64,000 bases of DNA from Moniliella sp. 'wahieum' (Eukaryota): positions 248,001-312,000 of the forward strand of contig RSEE01000060.1 in the NCBI GenBank assembly GCA_003971905.1, written 5' to 3'. This document shows, one piece after another, positions 11,499 to 20,974 of the stretch. Both the position numbers and the translations under genes were made by a program. Positions within the stretch are counted from its first letter, which is position 1. Every line of letters starts with the position of its first letter. The notes beneath the pieces were generated by a model, which saw only the letters and a list, made by a program, of their open reading frames with translations, searched no databases and was not told the origin of the DNA.

Positions 11499-14400
11499 CC
11501 CCCGCTGACCGGAGGGCCCAGTCATGTGGACTGGATCCATCTCCTCGACGCGGAGTTGAGCAAGATGGCTTGTCAGGGCGGGACGGCCGAGAGGCTTGGT
11601 GAGGACGTCCGCTGGGTTCCTTTCGCCGGGGATGTGTACAAGTATGGCCTCGCCCGAGTCCACGTGTTGCCGTACATTGTGGTACCGGATCTTCAGCTCT
11701 CGGAGCTTGCCGGTGCTGCCAAATTTGTGGGCGAGATCGACGACAGACTTATTGTCGCAATACCAATGAATGGGTGTACCCTCGCCGATGGCCCCAAGCT
11801 CGATCATGATGTTCTTGACATAGTTGGCGTCAACCAGTCCATCATATCCTGCCGTATATTCGGCGGCGGCGGTACTGGTAACGCTCTTCGGCTGAAGAAT
11901 GGATCGCCACGACACCGGCACACCGTACACCATCAGTAGGCATCCAGATGTGGAGCGTGCCTGGATGGGATCTCCCGCCAAGTCGGAATCTGTATACAGC
12001 GCAATGGCCGGTGCATCTGATGTTGGGGTCAACCTCAGGCCCTTTCCTCGAGTATGGTACAGGTAGCGAAGGAAGTCATCGACTGCTTGATGATGCTGCT
12101 GCGATGGGTCGGCAGCGGCTCTGCTGAGGGCCGTGATAGCGAAGAGGGAGTCAGGCCGGCCCATTCGTGCAGCCCACAGTCCCGATCCGATCTTCCCCTG
12201 ATATGCCTTGCGCAAGGCTGGGAGGGATGGGGGTTCAGGGTCGGCACGGGGCGGTATCATCCGTACGGGATGTGGGAGAGTCCGGATCCACGGGGCTTTG
12301 ATGTGGTGCTTTGCCACCACTTCCTCGATGAACTTTGGTTGGCTCAGGTACAGCCCCACCGATCCGATCGTATTGGCATCCCAGGTGGTAGTGAAGGGGA
12401 CCGTTACCACGAACATCAATGTGTGTGTTTATCTCGGCCATAAACTCCTCGTACTTTTGGTGTGACTTGCATGCGAGGAGCAGATCGTCGGTGTGGACCG
12501 CCAGGAGGATCTGCTCACCCGGTGGTGCAGCGCGCACGAACAAGCAGGGCTCGGTCAAGCTTTGCGTGAAGCCGAGCTTGTCACGCAGCAGGTTCCGGAT
12601 GTATCGTGCCCAGTTTGCTCCGCTCTGATGTAGCCCGTATAGACTCTTCTTGAGACGCCACACGCGACCACCCGCTTCGGGGAAGTAGGGGGGTGGGCGG
12701 ATGTAGACTGCTTCTTCGAGGGGGGCGTTCAGGTACGCTGCATTGACGTCCGCCGAGAAGAGGCCAAACTTATACTTCTCGGCCAGCACGACGAGGGTCA
12801 GGATGGCAGGTGTGCGCACCGATGGTGCGAACGTCTGGCCCCAAGTCTCGGCCGATTGTTGGTGTCCGCCCGCGACAAAGCGCGCGCGGTGGCGCAGGAA
12901 CCGGCCCTCGGCGTCCGTCTTTGTGGTGATGCGCCATAGTCCTATGAGGATTTGTGCACCCGGTGGTGGGTACGTAGCCTCGTAGGTGCCGTATCGCGCG
13001 AGTGTGGCCACCTCGTCGGCCATAGCCTGCTTGACCATGGCAAAGGAGGGGTGAGTCTCGAGACCCTTGAGCGTCTTGGGAGCGAGGGGTACGCCATCCT
13101 TGGTGAGCTGAACCGTGTCCGGGTGGATGGGTGCGCTGAGAGCAGTCATGGCGGCGTATTCGGGAGGTTGAACTGTGTCGGCAAACGGGGGGGCGGATGT
13201 GTCAGGTAGGGGGCGGGCGATGCCGATCTCTGGTGCGGCGCAGTGGGGCGTGGCGGCTGCAGCACGAGCATGGTAGTCGTGTGGTGGGGTCGTCAGCGAT
13301 TGGGAGTGTGTGCAGGTCGAGGGAGGTGCGGGTGGTGCGCTGGCGGAGGGGGGTAGCGGCGCGGAGGGGGGGTGGTGGTGGGAGCGGGTGTCTGGGGTGT
13401 GGCGGCGGTTCGGGGCATGGGTGCTGCCGCGGCTGGCGGAGTAGGGTTAGCGTCTTTTTCACTGTCGATTTTAATTTGAGGTGATTTGGAGATGTCGGGT
13501 GGGAAGTGGTCGGGGTGGGATGGGGGTAGATGGCGTTGCCCCATTTGTACGGTTTCGACCAGCGGTAGGTGAAGGTACCCAGGGATGGTTGGTATGTGGC
13601 GAAGAGCCATCCCTTTGATCCGCGCTGATGGTGGTATCCTACCAGCATACCTTCCTCTGCCCGCGCGCTGAGCTTGTGCTCGCGGCGTGACTCGGGCAGA
13701 TGGAGGTATGCAACGCGGCCAAAGGGTTGCATCGGTAACGAGTATGCGTGGCCTTTGTATCGCTCAAATCGCGATTTGTTGTCTTCCCCGGATGTTTTGA
13801 GTGGCATTTGGTTTTGGGTGAAGCACGCAGCGTGGAGGCTGTGTTCCCACCAGTCCGACGTCGGAAGACCTGTACCCAAGAGCAACTGCCTTGCACGAGT
13901 CGTTATGGTTCGGATGGCACGCTCAGCCACACCGTTGCTAGCACTCTGCCCCGGGATTGTCCGTTCTGACGTGATGCCTTGCTCGTCCAGAAAAGGTTGC
14001 AGTGCGCTTGTCAATTCGGGGGCGTTGTCCGTGCGCAAAGTCCGCAGCAGTCTGTCCGGGCCGTAGCGTTGCTCCCGCAATATGAGGTTCCGCAGTTCCT
14101 TCGTTGCAGCGCCCTTTGTCGGGATCGCTGTGGTGAAGACGTACCGCGTGAAGTCATCAACGGCGACGAGGGCGTATCCGTGCCCCATGCCGGTTACCCG
14201 GGGGAGGTCTACTACGTCGACGTGGAGGACCTCGAAAGGTCTTTTGGATCGGAGGCGGTCCCGGCTCGGATGGGGCGATGCTGTCGCTAGTGCCACCGCG
14301 CATGTTGGGCAATCCCACTCTGAACGACAGAGGGAGATATGCTTGGCTGTGACGCGGAGGCCTGCGGTTTCCGATCGTGTAAGCCAGGGGAGGAGGTCGA

Positions 14401-14932
14401 TGGCTGCGTGGTTCCAGCGTTTGTGGGCTTTAGAGACGTGGTCCAGGGCCAGGGATGCTGCGAGGGAGTTTGGGGTTGAGGGTGGGTCGGCCGGTTTGAT
14501 CGGTTTGGTCGCCATGGCCCGCAGGGGTGTGGGTGGCGTTCGCGGGTTGTGTAAGATCGTGAATTGATAGTCACTGCCGGTTACTTTTCGTAGGGTGGAT
14601 CCTGGGTTACCAAGCCAGATACCCTTCTGGTGTGGGGCGAAGTATGATGCGATTCCGGTGTTCGACAGGTGTGCTACACTGACGAGATTTCGGCTGAAAC
14701 GGGGCATGTATAGGCTGTTGGGGAGTTTTATCTCCATTTGGTGTCCTCCTAAGCATCGGATACGGATTGTGGCCGTGCCTCGTCCTTCCGCCTTTACATG
14801 TGTCCCGTTAGCAACCTCTATCTCGTCGTCGCAAGGGGTCATGGATGTGAAGACGGATTTGTCTTTCCAAATGGATGGGAATGCCCCACTGTCATATAAT
14901 GCCCGGATGATTCGCATTTCGCCCCCGAGTTC
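11493..14932 (-). CDS. pol: Copia Pol: aspartic protease, integrase, reverse transcriptase, RNase H (several apparent frameshifts)
   Basis: PR LYDSGA; IN HKRWNH...CPTC, LHVDVVD, RTDNAPEL, NGVAERAIRT; RT DVNAAYLNA, LKKSLYGLHQSG, VHTDDLL; RH YTDSDLAGD...RSTSG...AAAEY...CDNKS...NPADVLTKPL. The stop lies inside the 3' LTR. Confidence 0.95.
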
Positions 14933-16178
14933 CTAGTAGTCAGCTGTGCCCGCATCAACGTCAATCACTTCAGACTCGGGAGAGCTCGCTCTCTGAGCGA
15001 CGTGAGCGTTGGCTCGGCCTGGGTTGCGCGGAGGGACAACAGGTTTATTAGACGTCGCGCTGCGCCAGGGTTGGTTGGTGCGGTCTTGCCCCTTGGTCTT
15101 TGTGTCCGCGAGGTTGTCGTCGCCGGCTTTGCCCCCGCTGGAGTTTTTTCCCCCGCTGGTGGGTCGTCCCCCGCTGTCGGGTCGAGTCCAAGGCGTTCCT
15201 CCGTTGACCGGCTTGCCTCCGTTTCTCTTCCTTTCTCCACCGGGATACGTGGCGGCTGGTATGTCCATCACGGCCTGCCGTAACTTGTCTAGACTCGAGC
15301 GCTCTTCACGCTGGCGAATGCTCATGTCGCGTAAGCCGAGTAGGATCCCAGTGCGTTCCTGCTCTTCCGTAAGTGGGATGCCCGCTCGCGTCAGGCTTGC
15401 ACTGATCTCTTCCATGTAGTCGAGGTAGTCTCGACCCGATCGGTTTCCTTGGTCGGCCGAAAAGTAGCGAATGAGTAGAGGCCCTCTGTTTGCGGTAGGC
15501 GTATATCCATACCGCTGACGCAGCATGTTCAGCGTGTCCTGGGTGCATGATTTCGTGGTGGGTGCGGATCGTCCGGAAGAGGGTTGACGGCATGGCTTCC
15601 CTAAGAAGGTTGTGCAAGCGTCTGTCGAGGTCCTCGGTGAAGTAGCGGGAGCTGCGACCATTCTGGACGACGTCGCTTGCGTGGGGGTGGGCATCTGTTA
15701 TCGCGAAGAGAAATTCGTCTTCCCAAGCGCTGTAGGCGGACGGGTCTTTGTTCAGATCAGGCCACTTGATATTCTTGGTGGGAGACTCGCGTAGTGATCT
15801 GTAAAGGTCGTACTCGGGTCGCGAGGCTGCGCCTGTAGGTGCCCCCAAAGTTGCGTTGGGTTGAGTTTCCATTTGGTGGATGTTTTGCACCACAAAATTC
15901 GTAGCCCGTCGAACCCAGTTTGTCGTGATAGACGTAGGTTCGTCCTTCCATCCAAGCCACTCGGCTCTGTCGTGTATAGCTCTGTTGATCTTCTCTTTAA
16001 CGACATCGATGTCGTTCGTCTTCTTGAACCACAGGTGCGCTTCGGCGCAAAGCATCATGAGTTCCTCGTTGTCGGTGCCAATCGGTGGCGGATCGCGACC
16101 GGTTGGTGTCCAGTAATCGCGCTTGTTCACCATTGTGGTGTCGCTGACCGAGAGATCGGTGTTAGCGTTGGCGCCCAT
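14933..16178 (-). CDS. gag: Copia Gag (one apparent frameshift near 15540)
   Basis: ATG 16178 (MGANANTDLS...) just inside the 5' LTR. Capsid-like segments AYSAWEDEFLFAI and LNMLRQRYG...DYLDYMEEISASLTRAGIPLTEEQ...ILLGL. Ends at TAG 14935-14933. Confidence 0.85.
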
Positions 16179-16232
16179 GGTTGTGGGTGTAGTTTTGGCC
16201 AGCTCAGGGATGAGCAGATAAGGATGTAACTC

Positions 16233-16392
16233 TGTCGGCCTCGCTACTACCACAGAATGTGAGCACTGAACGTCGTATTGGACTAAGAAGCTTCTGCGAC
16301 TGACTCGTCCAGAAGACTGGTGCGAGCTCGGAAGGAATGAAAGCTGACTCACGTGACTCAGGGTCCGCGCGGTCCTAGGACGGATGTCAACA
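16233..16392 (-). repeat. 5' LTR of the copia element (160 bp)
   Basis: Identical to 11339-11498 and flanked by the GGAGA target-site duplication. Confidence 0.97.
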
Positions 16393-19300
16393 GGAGATGC
16401 TCTCCTCTGCAAACGGACAAGTTGTCCTACACATCTTCGATCGGAATAGTTTTAATGGGAAGAAAAGAACAGGCAGTGTGCAAGATGCGACTGTCTTCGC
16501 CAGGGATCGGCCAGAGCGACAGAGCCCTAGAGCCGATTTGTGCGGTGTAGCCTGTAACATTGATGCCGTAAGGAAATTGTGGCTCACTGCCATTTCATGC
16601 GAGAAGATACATACTACCGAGAATTTATCCCTTTTTGTACGAGCGTGTGCTGGCCGGTGACGAGTCCTGCAGACTCTTTTGGTGTCCAGGCATCTCGAAA
16701 AGGAGATCTTATTAGACCAACACCCTCAGTCATTGATGGAAAGAACTAGAACAAGTATATGCGAAGGAGACTATCCAAGAGGGGGGTGCAATGACTAATG
16801 ACTTTTGACATCCCTATTAATACCCCAAGAGGAAGGGGGGAGGGCGTTCCAGGCAATGACTTTGAGCCCCAGGCGTGGGCGGGGCCGACAAGGGCGTGGC
16901 CCCGACGGTAGTACACGCTCACCAATTGTCTGAAGAATCACTTTCTTTTTCTATTGTGCCCCGCTTGATGTATATCTCTATTCCCTTCGTCTCATCCCCA
17001 TGTCTGCGCCCTTTCTATCCTCTTCGTTGTTGCTGTCCACCCTATTTTTCCTCGTATCTCCACTGCAATCGAGTCCTCCTTTAGTCCACACTCCTTTTAA
17101 GCGTTCCTTAGCATGGCCACCTTTCGATCAGTTCGCTTTTGCCCTCCTAGTCCATAGGGTGAACCTCCCGACTTCAGATCCGGACCCTAACGTGTACCCT
17201 ATCCGTCAGATGCTGCCAGTCTCTGCTTGACGACCGGGAAGTCCATTTGCCACCTGGAAGGTTTAGATTTCTCGATCGCTCGTTTCTATCCCCTGTAGGC
17301 CGACTCCGAGGGGTATTAGGGAAGATGACTCCGACAGGGAAGTCAGTAACTCCGGTCACAGTACCCACTGATCCTTTAGTCAACGAAGGAGTGACGGATC
17401 ACACACACATTCCCACAGGATGTGGGTATGATCCTTGTTCTAGATCTTCCTTGCCCCCTTTTGTGTCTCTTTCCCCACATCACGCGTGGTCTACCGTGTG
17501 ATAGCTTCTCCTTCTCCTCTGGTATATAAGGCACCATTCCATGCAGCCTGAATGAATACCTGTCGGCATCCGAAGCAATCTCCCTCCTACAAGGAGGGAG
17601 AAATGGTGCGGGTGTGTATCGTGAACTCATATGTCTAGAAACCCAACGTACTTTTTGGGTAGAGGCTCATCCTCATCTGTGATTATAAAAGGTGTGGACC
17701 CACATCGTGTGGGGTAGAGCATGATGCCATGGGGACAGCGTGTTGGCAAAGTCCGTTTACCACCGTTGATGTCCAACTCCTCTCCATCAGAACTTTGTAG
17801 TAGTGTCGAGAGCACTGCGTCGCCTTTCGAACGCCAAGAGAAGGAACTGCTTCGGCTGCTGGAACAAGCAGAGAATGCGACAAGAACGCCAAGTACCACA
17901 GGGACGCACTCAAGAGCCGTTTCCCCCCTGGTTTTGACGACGCGAGGACCTTAACCCTGGTGGCGCTTCTACAAGCAACCCCACAACATGATTAACGGTT
18001 CGGTTTAGACGTAGCGTTCCCCCTGTCCAGCCTTAAGCTCTGTCAATGAAATGGATTCAGAAGAAGGGTGTGGTCCGTCCCCCCTTTTGCTGGTGCCTAA
18101 CCATTGCGCGCTCCCAAATTATTGATTGTGAAGAAACTTGCTTTCATCACTTGTTGTGAGCGGAAGACACGTTCTCGGCTAGCAGTCTGTGCATCTTATG
18201 CTCACTACTAATAACTTCAGTATCTACGGCCATTTTTTTTCCCTTTTGAGACGTGCTTTCATAATTAAAGACTTGTGGCTCATTCGTTTGCCTCCGCACC
18301 CTGGGCGGCTGGCCCCCGTTGCACACTTTTCCCGTAGGACTTCCAAGTATTTCCGAGTCGCACTGTAGCCCCTTAAAGAGGTTAAAGTAGGGTACATTTT
18401 CCATTATCTATAGCGAGAAAGCATAACGCTTCTGCTGAGAAAATGTCCTGTGAACTAAAGCGAGAGAACACCCCCTCATATGAAAACTGTCACCTTGCCC
18501 GGAAGTTTATTTTTGCTTCATCACCATTGTTTCGTGCCCTCTGATGTTCATTATCCCCTAACGCGTAACGCCCCCCCCACCCCACCCCTATGTGGGAAAG
18601 AAGGGCGAGAGAACACTCTTCTTGGCATCCAAAAATCCGGTATCCTATCCTAGGCGGCCCTTCGGTGGCTGATATACCCGCGATATACCCTCTTCTTTCT
18701 GCACCCCCATCAAAAGCACCAGTCCCGCTTCCATGACCATTTGCCCACAGTATGCGCGTACACAATAAAGGGCCGGGGAAAAAACGATACGCTTGTGGGT
18801 TGAAACGTCGGGGGCACGCCCATTCATCAGGTCATGATATGGCCCAGTCGCTCACGTCGTCCTTTTGGTGGTCCGACGATGTGATGCAGATATAGGCCGA
18901 TCCCATCCCATTCACATCTGTGGGTTATGATAGAGCAGCAGTTTCCTGAGCCATCTTGCACATTTGGGTCAAGACCGCCTTGTCCCACGTTTGGGAGATC
19001 AGAGAGCAACTTGGTCAATACGCGAACCACAGAGCGTCGCGACCATATCCAAGTCCAAGAGCAAGTCCTAGCTAGCTCTGTTAGCCCTGTGTCCGTCACG
19101 GGGGAGCGCTTCCTGATGCCCATCGCCCTAGCCTACCGCTCCGGCAGAAGCGTCAATCGTCGAGGTTAGAGGTGGGCAACGTGGCCCATGCGGAGGGCCA
19201 AGGCGGGCGCATTCTGTCCCCAACTCTGTCTCCAGGTGCAGATGCAGCGGGCGTGGGGGGAGGTGGGCATCCCGACGCTGTGCTGATGGCCCCAAGATTG

Positions 19301-19968
19301 GCAGCGCTGAGGTGGGTGGACGAGCTGGGGACACACTGGAGATGGAGCGCACGCAGCCACGCACCACCACCCCCGCGGAGTGGACGGACTAGGACGGTGC
19401 TATGCTGCAGATGAGACGCTGAGCGTGGTGAGCTCAGCTGAGCGGTGACCCCCAACACCGGATGGCTGACGTCAGGGGCGAGCGATGATCGATGAATCAC
19501 GTGATGCTTGGCCGCAGATGCCCGCAAGGCGGCTTGGCTTGGCTGGGGCGGACGCGTTTGGTTGGGGACATCGCCGCTAGCCCGGAAGCTTACGAGGATG
19601 GGAGGCGAGGGCGAGGGGGGAAGGGCGAGGGGAAGGGCGAGGGCGATCAGCGGATCGATGTGCCCGTCCATCGGTGAGGTGGATGCGCCCATCCTGGCGG
19701 GGCTCTCACTTCAAGGGGCGTCGCGTGTCAAGCTTCAAGCTCTTAGATCCTACGACGCATGGGGAGCACAGGTGATGGAGTGGGCCCACCCTCATATCAC
19801 GCATCTGGATCGGTGGTCCCGCCCGTCCTGTCGATCACAGCTGGGCAGCCGACCGCTGAGAACAATTTGGCCGCTGGCGGCGATATACAGAGCCACCCTG
19901 GGTTTTGCTGTGCTGCTTCCCAACCGCTTCTCCTCGCCCGTCTTCCATCTTGCCGCGTCCGTCTTGGC

Positions 19969-20550
19969 ATGTCCGATCCCTGGCTCTACTTTACCCCCGC
20001 CAGCGACGCCGAGGCGCAGCAGGCGCTCGTCCTCTGTGCCTCCGCCATCCTCGAGCGCGCCCGCACCCTCCTCCCGCTCATCCCCCCCGGCGGCCTCACC
20101 TTCCCCTCGCGCCTCCTGCCCGGCAGCACCGTCGGCAGCACCTGCGCCATGCGCCTCCCCTTTCTCCAGCTCACCTCCACCGCTCTCCTCGACGAGGCCG
20201 TGGTAGACTACGACTCCTCCCCCGGCCCACGCAGGCTCGAGTGGGACCTTGCCGCGTTGGAGGAGACGCTGGTGCAGGTCCACAGCGCAGTCCTGGCCCT
20301 CGCCCCCCACCTGCAACAGCAGGTCGAGGTGCATGCTACCACGCCCATCCGCCAGACCCTGCACTCGTCCATCGGCAGGGAACTCTGGTTTGCTGCTCTT
20401 CACGCCCTCCACCACTACACCTCCATCCGCACCATCCTGGCTGGAGAGCTTCATGTCCAAGGCATTGACCCCGACTTTGACTTTAACCCCGCTACCCTCC
20501 GCCGGCGGGAAGAACACCGAGATTCTCTTTCCCGCCGCGCCCGACTCTAG
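19969..20550 (+). CDS. DinB/YfiT-like superfamily protein
   Basis: LTFPSRLLPGSTVG(K)HLRHA (HLRH reachable with a 1-nt shift), VVDYD, and SSIGRELWFAALHALHHYTSIRTILAGEL...DFDFNPATL match the pattern of fungal DinB-like proteins. Confidence 0.72.
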   Translation: MSDPWLYFTPASDAEAQQALVLCASAILERARTLLPLIPPGGLTFPSRLLPGSTVGSTCAMRLPFLQLTSTALLDEAVVDYDSSPGPRRLEWDLAALEETLVQVHSAVLALAPHLQQQVEVHATTPIRQTLHSSIGRELWFAALHALHHYTSIRTILAGELHVQGIDPDFDFNPATLRRREEHRDSLSRRARL

Positions 20551-20974
20551 TTCCAAGTGTCTGTGTGCCTCCGCCATCCTGTTCCTCCCGTCCTGTCTGG
20601 TCCTGTCCCGTCCCATCCTGTCCCTTCCATCGCCTCTTCATAAGTTTCTCCGCCCTCCGTCGGGATGATTGTCGCCCCCCCCCGTCTCACTGTCACCTTG
20701 TCCGGTTGTTACCTTGGCACCTAACCCCTACAGGAGGTGGCCATCAACTCCATGATACCCTGCATCGCGATGGGACGGATGGTCAATCAAACAAAAAATT
20801 CATAGCAAACAGGTCCCGCGCACCCCGTTGCTTGAGTGACTAGTAACCGCGATGCACGAAACGTCCCCCGCCCGGCCGAACGGATGGGCCGGGAGCGGCG
20901 GACGAGGCGGCGACAACATGGCAGCCAACCTTTCTGGATCCTCTTCCTCCCTGCGGTGGCCGAGCCGGGGAAGG

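Larger units (their letters stand above)
11339..16392 (-). mobile_element. Full-length Ty1/copia LTR retrotransposon (5054 bp)
   Basis: Two identical 160-bp LTRs bounded by TG...CA, GGAGA duplicated at 11334-11338 and 16393-16397, and internal order gag-protease-integrase-RT-RNase H, which is diagnostic of copia. Confidence 0.98.

Noticed and set aside
12380..15560. Programmed frameshifts inside gag and pol
   Set aside because: They fall within domains or linkers rather than at the gag/pol boundary and look like the indels seen in all host genes.
11339..16392. Ty3/gypsy or retroviral classification suggested by the readthrough-type junction
   Set aside because: Integrase precedes RT, the RT/RH motifs (LKKSLYGL, ADVLTKPL) are copia-type, and there is no env ORF.
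16205..16392. Tf1-style self-priming
   Set aside because: I found no sequence in the LTR complementary to the PBS region; the resemblance is in direct orientation only.
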